Origin: Candidatus Woesearchaeota archaeon
Lineage (GTDB): Archaea > Nanobdellota > Nanobdellia > Woesearchaeales > 0-14-0-80-44-23
Length of the DNA: 64,000 nucleotides
Direction: 5' to 3'
Assembly (NCBI GenBank): GCA_038874135.1
Contig: JAVZCZ010000001.1
Span: 383,097-447,096 of the forward strand
Shown: one piece after another, positions 19,538-28,438 of the stretch
Layout of the letters: every line of letters begins with the position of its first letter
Position numbering within the stretch: position 1 is the first letter of the stretch
Program-made: the position numbers and the translations under genes
The notes under the pieces: generated by a model
Database searches by the model: none
The model's input: only the letters and a program-made list of their open reading frames with translations
Told to the model about the DNA's origin: nothing

Positions 19538-20569
19538 TCAAACTTTTATTTCGCTCTCTTGCAGCCTGCTGCTCAGCTTGTGCCTTTCAAGAGCGTGATA
19601 AAGAATCCTTCTTATTAAGCCATCATAAGAAAGCCCTGCTGCGCTAGCTGCTCTAGTAAATGCAGTATCATTAGGTCCTATGTCCGGGTTGGGGTTCACT
19701 TCAAGAATGTAAGGATTGTTGTTTGAATCTAAGCGCAGGTCTATCCTTGCATAGTCCTGGCATTCTAGAACACGATATGCTGCAAGTGCCGCCTTCTTTA
19801 TCCTGTTTTCAACAGTTTTTGGAATCTGTGCTGGGCAGGTCGGTATTGTGTGCTTGAACTCGTCTGATTCGGGAATCCACTTTGCAGAGTAGGAGCATAT
19901 CTTCGGTTGGTTTTCTGAAAAGTTTTGAAATTGAAGCTCTTCAATTGGAAGTGCGGTTGGCTCGCTGTTCCCTAGTATAGAAATGTTAAACTCTCTGCCA
20001 TCTATAAACTCTTCTACCAATGCGTGCTGCTTGTATGTCTCTATTACATAGGCAACTCTCCTTCTCAGCTGCTCTTCATCCCTAACTACAGATTCTTGCG
20101 TTATCCCTATACTGGCATCTTCATGTATAGGTTTCACTATTAGTGGAAATTTGAGGGTGAGCGGCAATTCTTGTTCTGGAGTGGTAAAGATGTGAAACTT
20201 GGGAGTAGGTATTCCTGCTGAGATTAGTATCTGCTTTGCTCTCGCCTTGTTTAGGCATACTGAAAGTGTTAGGGAGTTTGAGCCAGTGTAGGGTATTCCC
20301 ATCATATCCAGCATTGCGGGGATGTATGCTTCTGCCAAAACATTACTTCCAAAGCCTTCTGCAAGGTTGAAAACTACATCAGGCTTTAGAAGAAGAAGGT
20401 TTTCATACAAGTTTTGATCAGCCTGCAAGGGTACTGTCTCGTGCCCATCCTTTTTTAGCACCTGTTCAACTGCTCTTACAGTGTTTAGTATGTCCTGATC
20501 AGCAATTATATCAGCATCCTGTCCTCGCGAAAGCTCGCTCATAAAGTTATAAAGTATTACTACTTTCAT
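19538..20569 (-). CDS. D-alanine--D-alanine ligase family ATP-grasp protein (paralog 2)
   Basis: Ddl-like N-domain (KPDVVFNLAEG...IPAMLDMMGIPYTGS) and an ATP-grasp core (PLIVKP..EDASIGI ... LVEEFI.GREF ... EVNPNP). It overlaps the upstream paralog by 4 nt. Confidence 0.75.
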   Translation of the reverse strand: MKVVILYNFMSELSRGQDADIIADQDILNTVRAVEQVLKKDGHETVPLQADQNLYENLLLLKPDVVFNLAEGFGSNVLAEAYIPAMLDMMGIPYTGSNSLTLSVCLNKARAKQILISAGIPTPKFHIFTTPEQELPLTLKFPLIVKPIHEDASIGITQESVVRDEEQLRRRVAYVIETYKQHALVEEFIDGREFNISILGNSEPTALPIEELQFQNFSENQPKICSYSAKWIPESDEFKHTIPTCPAQIPKTVENRIKKAALAAYRVLECQDYARIDLRLDSNNNPYILEVNPNPDIGPNDTAFTRAASAAGLSYDGLIRRILYHALERHKLSSRLQESEIKV

Positions 20570-21651
20570 TTCCTGCTCCTCTTGTACGCCTGTTCAACCC
20601 TCTTCTGAAGATCCTTTACGACTAAGGATTTCTTGAACTTCATCTTTAAGCCGTACCTCGCCGCTGCGTGGTAGAGCACTGTGTTTATGAGCTGCTCATA
20701 TGTCAGGCCCATGGAGTACCACATTGTAGGAAGGTTGCTGTGCTCTTCCGGGTCTGGAATTATTCCCGGAAGTGGGTTTATTTCAAGAACCTGAGGCCTG
20801 TTGTGAGCGTCCATTCGCATGTCAATTCTGCACCAGTCCCTAACATTCAGTGCCTTGTATGTTGCCAGGGCAAGCTCTGATATTCTCTTTCTTAATCGCG
20901 AGTTTATCTTTGCAGGGCAAGACACCATGTTTATCTTGTTCTCCTTAGTGTCCCAGAGCCACTTTGCTTCATAGGAGTAGATGGGATTTGCCCCTTTGGG
21001 AAGCCCGTCAAAGACTAATTCCAAGATTGGAAGCACAACAGGGTTTTCATTTCCGATAACTGCAACTGTGAATTCTCTGCCACTTAGGAAGTTTTCTACA
21101 AGTGCTGGCTCCTCATATTTTGTGATTATTTCGCAAACTTTTTTTCTAAGCTGCTTCTCATTTTTAACGAGAGAATTATTTCTTATCCCCTTGCTGGAGC
21201 CCTCGTAGAGGGGCTTTACAATCATTGGAAATTTTAGCCTGCTGCTAATCTTCTCGTTTCCCTTATAAAAAACTTGAAATGGCGGCGTGGGTATTCCATT
21301 CTGCATTAGTATCTCCTTTGTCATTGCCTTGTTGAGCCCTATGGACAATGTTGCCGGGTCTGAAGCCGTGTAGGGTATTCCTAAGAGTTCCAACATAGCT
21401 GGAATTTGGGATTCTCTATTCCTGCCCCTTACTCCCTCGGCTATGTTGAAAACAATATCCGGCTTGAATTTTTTCAGTTTTATAAATGCATTCTCGTCTG
21501 CTTCAATTCTTACTGTTTTAAACCCTCCCTTTCTTATTGAGGATTCTATTGCTGCGATTGTTGTTTCGTCGTCACATTCAGAATAGAAATCTTTTGGGAG
21601 CCCCTTTTTCGGTTTCTTTTTTAGGTTGTAAGTTATTCCTACCAGTGTCAT
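20566..21651 (-). CDS. D-alanine--D-alanine ligase family ATP-grasp protein (paralog 1)
   Basis: KPDIVFNIAEG...IPAMLELLGIPYTAS, PMIVKPLYEGSSKGI, LVENFLSGREF, LEINPLPG. Confidence 0.75.
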   Translation of the reverse strand: MTLVGITYNLKKKPKKGLPKDFYSECDDETTIAAIESSIRKGGFKTVRIEADENAFIKLKKFKPDIVFNIAEGVRGRNRESQIPAMLELLGIPYTASDPATLSIGLNKAMTKEILMQNGIPTPPFQVFYKGNEKISSRLKFPMIVKPLYEGSSKGIRNNSLVKNEKQLRKKVCEIITKYEEPALVENFLSGREFTVAVIGNENPVVLPILELVFDGLPKGANPIYSYEAKWLWDTKENKINMVSCPAKINSRLRKRISELALATYKALNVRDWCRIDMRMDAHNRPQVLEINPLPGIIPDPEEHSNLPTMWYSMGLTYEQLINTVLYHAAARYGLKMKFKKSLVVKDLQKRVEQAYKRSRK

Positions 21652-21672
21652 TTTGTTTCAACCATTATTACT

Positions 21673-22743
21673 TTAGGGCAGTGGATATTCATATCTTTTT
21701 CCTTCATAATTTCTAAGAATGATTTTTCTCTTCCCATTCTTTTCCTTTTTCTCTCCAAGGTAATACTTGGGCAACAGCGGAATCTTTCCTCCTCCGCCAG
21801 GCGCATCTATAACATAGTGCGGTACTGCCATTCCACTTGTAAAGCCCCTTAGCGAGTGGATTATTTCAATGCCTTTTGAAACTTCTGTGCGGAAGTGTTT
21901 TGTGCCCTTCACAATGTCCGCCTGATATAAGTAGTAGGGCTTTACTCTCATGCGCAGTAGTTTGTGCACGAGCTCCTTCATTATCTTGGGATCGTCATTT
22001 ACTCCTTTTAGAAGCACTGATTGGTTTCCTACGGGAATTCCTGCGTCTGCAAGCATTGTGCATGCCCTTATGCTTTCAGGAGTTATCTCCTGAGGATGGT
22101 TGAAGTGGGTATTTATGTATATTGGGTGATATTTTTTTAGGATGTTGCACAGCTTTTTTGTTATTCTCTGCGGCAGAGCGCATGGCATTCTCGTTCCTAT
22201 TCTGATTATCTCCACATGCTTTATTGCCCTCAAGTTTTTCAGTATGAACTCAATCTTATCATCTGTTAGCATTAGAGGGTCTCCACCTGATATTATTACA
22301 TCTCTAACTTCGGGATGACTTTTTATGTATTGAATCCCCTTCTTCATTTCTTCTATTGAGATTTCCCTGTCGGGATGGCCTACTCTTCTCTTTCTCGTGC
22401 AGAATCTGCAGTACATTGAGCACTGGTTGGACACTAAGAAAAGTACCCTGTCTGGATATCTGTGCACTATTCCTGGAACTGGGCTTTGGTGTTCCTCTTG
22501 AAGTGGGTCTGGAAGTCCTTCTGTGTCTTTCAGTTCAAGCTCGTCCGGGATACACTGCTTCCAAACGGCATCTCCCCTCTTCTTTATTAGGCTTAGATAG
22601 TACGGGTTTACCCTCATTGGATAAACCGAAGCGACTCTTTTTATCGTATTTAGCTCTTTATCCGAGAGCTTGAATTTGGAGAGAGCCTTCTTTAGATTGT
22701 TTTCATCTTTTGATTCGGAAAGAAGTTTTTGCCAGAGTTCCAT
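21673..22743 (-). CDS. kamA: lysine 2,3-aminomutase family radical SAM enzyme (short KamA/EpmB-like form)
   Basis: CSMYCRFCTRKR cluster, GGDPL, YYLYQADIVKGTKHFRT, and VIDAPGGGGKIPL. Confidence 0.85.
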   Translation of the reverse strand: MELWQKLLSESKDENNLKKALSKFKLSDKELNTIKRVASVYPMRVNPYYLSLIKKRGDAVWKQCIPDELELKDTEGLPDPLQEEHQSPVPGIVHRYPDRVLFLVSNQCSMYCRFCTRKRRVGHPDREISIEEMKKGIQYIKSHPEVRDVIISGGDPLMLTDDKIEFILKNLRAIKHVEIIRIGTRMPCALPQRITKKLCNILKKYHPIYINTHFNHPQEITPESIRACTMLADAGIPVGNQSVLLKGVNDDPKIMKELVHKLLRMRVKPYYLYQADIVKGTKHFRTEVSKGIEIIHSLRGFTSGMAVPHYVIDAPGGGGKIPLLPKYYLGEKKEKNGKRKIILRNYEGKRYEYPLP

Positions 22744-22964
22744 TTTTCAGTCTTGCCCCTCTTAGAAGTACTTAGAAGGTATCACCCGCCCGAAGGCAGT
22801 TTTTAAGAAGGTTTTCTGTTCTTTGTAAGGATAACAGGCACATTTCAGAACTTTCATTTGTATGTGGGTGTTTTTATCCCGTTGACACCTCGTTGAAACT
22901 TTTTTTATTTGTATGTTAATATGGTATGCTAAGCTTATTTAAATATTTAACTTTTTGAAAAAAA

Positions 22965-23040
22965 TTTCCGACGAGAAAATTTTAAAATTTATGTTTATCA
23001 AAAATTTGATAAAAAAATTTTGTAATTTTTCCGACGAGAA
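22965..23040. repeat. two exact copies of the 13-mer TTTCCGACGAGAA, 63 bp apart
   Basis: Copies at 22965-22977 and 23028-23040. They sit in the 297-bp spacer between the hef stop and the kamA start; the second copy abuts the hef stop codon. Confidence 0.6.
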
Positions 23041-25332
23041 TCATTGTAAGAGATTTTTCTTAGATGATCCTGCATATTCAGAATCAATTATGCGCCTTAT
23101 TGCTCTGGCTTTCTTTTCTCCTATGAGTGCAACTTCCTTTAGTTCTTCCTCAGAAGCATTGAAAACATTTCTTACTGAGCCGAAGTGGTGTAGGAGTTCT
23201 CTAGAAATGTCAGCGCCTACTCCTGGAAGTGAAGAGACAATATATTCTTGCTGTTCCCGCTCTGTTTGAAGCTTCTTTTCAGCATGCATATTAAAGTCAG
23301 AGCCCTCATTAAGTTGTTCCCTCCTTGCTATTACCATTAAAAGAGCTGCGGTCTCTCTGAAGTTCTTTGTCTGAACTACAGGCACTCCATAACTTACAAC
23401 TATGGTAGCTAGCATTCCCCTAATAGCATTTGGATGTATATTCCGTATAGAGTAGATATCTTCTGTTCCTTCCAAGATTAAAATGGGGCGCTCGTAAGAA
23501 TTAGCTAAGTTTTTAAGCTGAGATAATAATCTTCCATCAATTATTGAGTCCACAAAGTCAGGTATTCTTTTTATCTCAACTGCCACTCTGTCGCTTAGTA
23601 CATAATCTGCAACTTCAAGGCTTTCCAGGCTTATCTCTACACCTGCATTGGAAAGTTCTCGTAGGAGCATTGAACCCTTTTCCCGCGAGTCCGCTTTAAC
23701 CCTTATTCTTATCCCTTCAGGATTGAAATCTGAAAGCTTAAGCTCTTTTGAAACACTTTCCTGTTTTGATACATAGCCATTAAGAGTTAGTCCTTTTTTT
23801 AGTTCCTGAAGCGTGTTTCGCATCTTCCTCTCCTTATAGAAGGCAGACCACCTGTACATCTCATCCCTTGTGTTCTTTGTTATCAGCATGATTACTCTTC
23901 CAGACTCGTGCCTTCCAGTCCTGCCCCGCCGCTGTATCGTCCTTATTGCTGAGGGGATTGGCTCATAAAATATCACTATATCCACTTGGGGAATATCTAA
24001 GCCTTCTTCACCTATGGATGTTGCCACAAGTATGTTAAAATCTCCTCTTGAGAAGCTCTCCAGTAGCGCCTTCTGTTCCTTCTGACTCATGCCCGTGTCT
24101 TTCTTCTTGGCCTGTCCCACAAATATCTTCGGAAATGCCCCTTGAATTTTTGATATTTCTTCAATAATGCGCGAGGCAGAATCCCTATATTGAGTAAAGA
24201 TTATCATCTTCACTGAAGATTTCTTTCTGATTTCTTCAGCAACTATCTCTGAAAGTTTGGCAAGTTTAGGATGCTCAAGTCCCCTCTCCACTATCTCTCT
24301 AGCTTTAATTACTGCCTTCTTGAAGTTTGGGTCTGCTACAAGATTCTTAACTGCTCTAACTCTGGTAGAAACTGATTCCTCTTCAAGCTTTTCAAAATAC
24401 TCATTAAGCTGTCTTATTCCCTGAGTTTCAAGAAGTTCTAGAGCGTGCTGAACCTTCATTGCCTCTGCTAGAAGTGAAACTGCCTGCATTGCTTCAAAGC
24501 TTTTTTCGCCAGCTGCAATCTGGGCGTGAAGGCTTCCTTGAAGCATCAGAATCTCTTTTTTTGAGATTGTTTTCGGTATCCGTTCAGTTATGCCCAGATT
24601 ATTAACTGCTTCAACCTTAGAATTAAAACACTCTTCCAATAACTTTTTTACTTCCACGAACTCGCTAGGTAGTTCTACGCTTACCCATTCAAATTCCATC
24701 TTTTGTATGTAAGGCTTAACATCCGGGTCGTGTTCTGAGCGTATCTCCACAGCTTCTATGAACAGGTTTCTGCAAACCTCCATTATTCCCTCAGTGGTGC
24801 TTCCAGGGGAGGCGGTAAGTGCTAATATTCTCGGAAATCTAGCTTTCTGGACATAAGCGTTGGCTATAAACCCATATGCGTAGTTGCCAACAGCCCTGTG
24901 AGCCTCATCAATTACCAGCAGGCTAACCTCTGAAAGGTGTATCTTTCCTCCAATGATATCATTTTCCAGCCCTTGAGGCGTAGAAGATATGATCCTGAGC
25001 TTGCCCCAAAGTTCTGCCCTTTTTTGAGGGCTCATCATTCCTGTAAATACTGCTGCTTCATTCTCATTAATTGAAAGGAATCTTAAAAATGATTTGAGGT
25101 GTTGCTCTGCCAGCGGCTTTGTTGGGGATAAGATTACCACCTTAGAGGTTGGAAATGCGTTCAGACGGTGAGCAGCGAGCATTATGGCTATTGCAGTTTT
25201 GCCTAGACCTGTTGGCAGCACTACCAGAGTGTTTTTCTGAACTGCTGTAGCAAAGATTGCCTCCTGATAGAGCCTTGGCTTGAAGTCGCGAATCTTAATC
25301 GTAGCATCCTCTCCTAAATTGCCACCCTCCAT
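23041..25332 (-). CDS. hef: Hef: SF2 helicase fused to ERCC4/XPF nuclease and (HhH)2
   Basis: LVVLPTGLGKTAIA, VIDEAHRAVGNYAY, QRRGRTGR, an ERCC4 block (ADSRE...VAVEIKRIPDFVDSIIDGRL), and a C-terminal LPGVGADISRELLHHFGS...IGEKKARAI. Confidence 0.9.
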   Translation of the reverse strand: MEGGNLGEDATIKIRDFKPRLYQEAIFATAVQKNTLVVLPTGLGKTAIAIMLAAHRLNAFPTSKVVILSPTKPLAEQHLKSFLRFLSINENEAAVFTGMMSPQKRAELWGKLRIISSTPQGLENDIIGGKIHLSEVSLLVIDEAHRAVGNYAYGFIANAYVQKARFPRILALTASPGSTTEGIMEVCRNLFIEAVEIRSEHDPDVKPYIQKMEFEWVSVELPSEFVEVKKLLEECFNSKVEAVNNLGITERIPKTISKKEILMLQGSLHAQIAAGEKSFEAMQAVSLLAEAMKVQHALELLETQGIRQLNEYFEKLEEESVSTRVRAVKNLVADPNFKKAVIKAREIVERGLEHPKLAKLSEIVAEEIRKKSSVKMIIFTQYRDSASRIIEEISKIQGAFPKIFVGQAKKKDTGMSQKEQKALLESFSRGDFNILVATSIGEEGLDIPQVDIVIFYEPIPSAIRTIQRRGRTGRHESGRVIMLITKNTRDEMYRWSAFYKERKMRNTLQELKKGLTLNGYVSKQESVSKELKLSDFNPEGIRIRVKADSREKGSMLLRELSNAGVEISLESLEVADYVLSDRVAVEIKRIPDFVDSIIDGRLLSQLKNLANSYERPILILEGTEDIYSIRNIHPNAIRGMLATIVVSYGVPVVQTKNFRETAALLMVIARREQLNEGSDFNMHAEKKLQTEREQQEYIVSSLPGVGADISRELLHHFGSVRNVFNASEEELKEVALIGEKKARAIRRIIDSEYAGSSKKNLLQ

Positions 25333-25382
25333 AAATCCGGAATATCGTTCTCTTCTTTAAAAACATTTTGGGAAGGTGTCCA

Positions 25383-25844
25383 ATGACAAAATATTTATAC
25401 AAATTCGGGAATAGTTTCAGTATGGCTGAAATTCTCTTTGTGCTCATGCTCCTGGTAGGAGCTCTTCTAATCTGGGTTGGGTACATACTTGGAAGAAGAG
25501 TTGAAGATTACCTGTGGAAGAAGGAAAAGTTAAAACCTGTAGTGCAGGAGAGGATAAATGCTTCAAGAGCAGTTTTAGGAGGACAGTTCAGCGAGCAGCT
25601 AGCACCATACCTTCCAGAATTCCAATACAGCCCGACGGAGTGCAGATTCATAGGAAAGCCTGTGGATTTCATAGTGTTCAGGGGAATGGATTCTGGAGAA
25701 ATTGAAGAAGTGATATTCTTAGAGATAAAGAGCGGTAAGACAGCCTCTCTTAACCACAGAGAGCTCAGCTTAAAAAGGGCAGTGCAAGACAAGAAGGTCC
25801 GCTGGGAAATCTACAGAGTGCCTGAAGGAATTCTAAAAAAATAG
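25383..25844 (+). CDS. membrane-anchored endonuclease related to Holliday junction resolvase (Endonuc_Holl-like)
   Basis: N-terminal TM followed by GKPVDFIVFRG...EVIFLEIKSGKTASLNHRELSLKRAV. Start uncertain (TTG 25368, ATG 25383 or ATG 25422). Confidence 0.55.
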   Translation: MTKYLYKFGNSFSMAEILFVLMLLVGALLIWVGYILGRRVEDYLWKKEKLKPVVQERINASRAVLGGQFSEQLAPYLPEFQYSPTECRFIGKPVDFIVFRGMDSGEIEEVIFLEIKSGKTASLNHRELSLKRAVQDKKVRWEIYRVPEGILKK

Positions 25845-25853
25845 AGTAGTTTC

Positions 25854-26591
25854 TTATTTCATCTCATAATTGAAGAAGTAGTACGCCCAAGAGAGTATGC
25901 CTATCAAAAGTCCCCCGATAATTATTAGCGGAATGCTTTTTAAGAGCAGAATTAGAAGCCCTGTGGCTAGCACCGCTGCAAGGGAAAAAGCATAGAGTGG
26001 CCTGGCAGCATAAAGAACCTTGCTGCCATCCAGTGGAGGTATTGGAAGCATTGAAAATAATGCCATTAGCACATTGAATTTTATAGCTAATGGAATTAGG
26101 GGGCTTGGAAGTCCTGAGAAGAACTTGAAGAATAATGCGAGAATAAGATTAGCAACTGGGCCCATCATCGCAATTATTCCCAGAGAGAAGTAGTTTATGT
26201 TGTATCTGAAGTATCCGAGTCTGTGGCCCGGTAGCATTGTAACTGCGAAACCTCCCAACATCAGTATTGGCAGCCAGCCGTTTGTCAGGAAGCACAGAAA
26301 TAAAGATGTGAGTATTCCTGTAAGCCAGAATTGGTATTCCAGCTTGTAGCCTATGTGCAGCGCGTATATCTTCTGAACTGAAACCTTGAAGAGCAGGGAG
26401 AGTGTTATTATTAGAAATGCGTTGAAGAGGTTTCTCAATCCTGCTGAGAAGTCAAAAGTGGCTCCACCCCACTGCCTGAAGGAAAGTATGAAGGCTGATG
26501 TGAGTATTGTTATCAGAAGCGCTCTAATTTCTAACTGAGAAAATTTGAAATGTTCCCTAATCTTTCCGCGGAGGTCGTACAGGGAATACAT
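25854..26591 (-). CDS. M50/site-2-protease-like membrane protein without recognisable HExxH
   Basis: Polytopic protein that keeps MMGPVANL and FNVLMALFSMLPIPPLDGSKVLY blocks. Where HExxH is expected it reads QKIYALHIGY. Confidence 0.5.
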   Translation of the reverse strand: MYSLYDLRGKIREHFKFSQLEIRALLITILTSAFILSFRQWGGATFDFSAGLRNLFNAFLIITLSLLFKVSVQKIYALHIGYKLEYQFWLTGILTSLFLCFLTNGWLPILMLGGFAVTMLPGHRLGYFRYNINYFSLGIIAMMGPVANLILALFFKFFSGLPSPLIPLAIKFNVLMALFSMLPIPPLDGSKVLYAARPLYAFSLAAVLATGLLILLLKSIPLIIIGGLLIGILSWAYYFFNYEMK

Positions 26592-26633
26592 AAGAGCACT
26601 TCAATTTATTAATATTTAAAAATGTTTCTTAGC

Positions 26634-27968
26634 TCATATCCAGATGCGCTGCCCGTTCTGCATGAGATGTACATTTCTTCCGAGAGTGTACCCCATGCTT
26701 CCTGCGAGGTTGGAAAGTGCTGAGGTCATCTGAAGGTCGCCGTGAGCGGGAATTATGTGCTCAGGCTTTGTCATGCTTATGAGGTCTCTTTGGTCCTCCT
26801 TGGAAGCGTGTCCCGATACGTGTATTCCTTTGAAAATTCTGACATCCAGCTGTGAAAGCTTGTATTCCAGAATGTCCCTGTTGGCTATATTTACAGGTGT
26901 GGGTATGACATTGCATGAGAATATTACAAGGTCTTCCCTTCTGAGCTTTAGGGGAAGCTGCCCGTTAGCTATCTTTGATAGTACAGAGTTTGGTTCGCCC
27001 TGATGGCCTGTTGTTACGAGTAGGTACTTGTTTCTGTGCGGCGATTCTGAAATCTTTTTTAGCCCCTTCTTTATCTCGTCTCCGTATTGGAGTATTGTAG
27101 CATTTCTTGAAAACTTTATCAGGTTGAGCTTCTCAGCAGCCCTTATGTACTTAGCCAGATTCCTGCCTGCAAATATTACCTTTCTACCCATCTTCTGGCC
27201 CATTTCCAGTATTGAGCTCAGTCTTGCGATGTGGCTGGAGAAAGTGCTTATTACTATAAGGTTGTTCTGGTTTTCAGTGCCGAATAGTACGTCTCTGAGC
27301 ATTTCACGGGCAACTGCTTCTGAAGGGGTCTTTCCCGGCTGTTCGGCTCTGGTGCAGTCCATTATGAGAGCCTTCACTCCTTCTCTGCCAAGCTCTTTAA
27401 GCCTTTTTATGTTGGTGGTTTTTCCTATTACTGGAAATGAGTCAAACTTATAGTCGTTAGCGTAAAGTATTGTGCCCTCTTTTGTGTGCAGGGCTATCAT
27501 CGCAGTTTGAGGCGTGGAGTGCGTGGCGTGTATGAACTCTGCTTCAATATTTTTTGAGATTCTTATACGAGAGTTTGTATTAACTATTCTTTTCGGATTT
27601 TTTATGCTCTTCTTCTGGTCGTGAAGTATGCTGTTTAACACCTCAATAGTGTAGGGTGTCCCGATTATTGGGGCGTTGTAGGAAGATGCCATGAACGGCA
27701 GTGCTCCCAAGTGGTCAAGGTGAGCGTGAGTTGGGATTATCGCCTTAACCTGGCTTCGCAGCTCTTTCAAGACTGAATCGTCGGGAACTGCACCCATTCT
27801 TATGAGTTCTGATATTCCTAATTTTTCAATCTCCTCTTCACCGCTGTATGAGGTGTACTTCTCAACATGAAGTCCCATGTCCAGGATTACTACTTCATCT
27901 CCTACTCTTATGGCAGTCATGTTTCTGCCAACTTCGTTGTATCCGCCTATTGCGTAAATTTCTATCAT
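26634..27968 (-). CDS. rnj: archaeal RNase J (metallo-beta-lactamase / beta-CASP)
   Basis: IYAIGGYNEVGRNMTAI..ILDMG and PTHAHLDHLGALP, with beta-CASP and C-terminal His motifs (HVSGHAS, IPAHG). Confidence 0.85.
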   Translation of the reverse strand: MIEIYAIGGYNEVGRNMTAIRVGDEVVILDMGLHVEKYTSYSGEEEIEKLGISELIRMGAVPDDSVLKELRSQVKAIIPTHAHLDHLGALPFMASSYNAPIIGTPYTIEVLNSILHDQKKSIKNPKRIVNTNSRIRISKNIEAEFIHATHSTPQTAMIALHTKEGTILYANDYKFDSFPVIGKTTNIKRLKELGREGVKALIMDCTRAEQPGKTPSEAVAREMLRDVLFGTENQNNLIVISTFSSHIARLSSILEMGQKMGRKVIFAGRNLAKYIRAAEKLNLIKFSRNATILQYGDEIKKGLKKISESPHRNKYLLVTTGHQGEPNSVLSKIANGQLPLKLRREDLVIFSCNVIPTPVNIANRDILEYKLSQLDVRIFKGIHVSGHASKEDQRDLISMTKPEHIIPAHGDLQMTSALSNLAGSMGYTLGRNVHLMQNGQRIWI

Positions 27969-28181
27969 ATTATTTCACTTCCTTTTCAGATCATTGTGTC
28001 AATCCTTACCTATTTTTATTTTTTCTTTATTTTTATCTTTCTTTTGAAAATTTTTTAAGATTATAAGTTTCTTATGCCTCTTTTTTTATAGTTTAGATGC
28101 GATTAGAAGAAGCCCTATTCTTAAAAAACTTAAAAAGTGGAAATGCCGTGCAATTTAAAAATGTATCGGAAAAGATGTTAA

Positions 28182-28256
<75 letters not shown>

Positions 28257-28282
28257 ATTTCTTAAAGGAGTCCTAGTTCTCC

Positions 28283-28293
28283 TTTAAAAATAT
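28283..28293 (-). promoter_or_regulatory. TATA-box candidate for tRNA-Val
   Basis: tttaaaaatat lies about 27-37 nt upstream of the mature 5' end, reading on the minus strand. Confidence 0.45.
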
Positions 28294-28346
28294 TGCTCTC
28301 AGCCAGTTCAAAAAAAGAAGAAAAAGATAAAGCAAAAATGAAAAAT

Positions 28347-28384
28347 TGCAGGAAGGGAAAGATAGCCCGCTAAGCCTTCCTGCA
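28347..28384 (-). terminator. 10-bp perfect hairpin flanked by A/T runs, downstream of the dacZ-like gene
   Basis: tgcaggaagg-(18 nt)-ccttcctgca, with T-runs following the stem on either strand. Confidence 0.5.
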
Positions 28385-28438
28385 TTTTTCAGCATGAATC
28401 GCTTGAGTTTTCTTTTGACTTTTGACATTCAGACCACT

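Noticed and set aside
22744-22900. Lysine riboswitch upstream of kamA
   Set aside because: I cannot recognise the L-box multi-helix architecture or conserved core. Only short hairpins are present.
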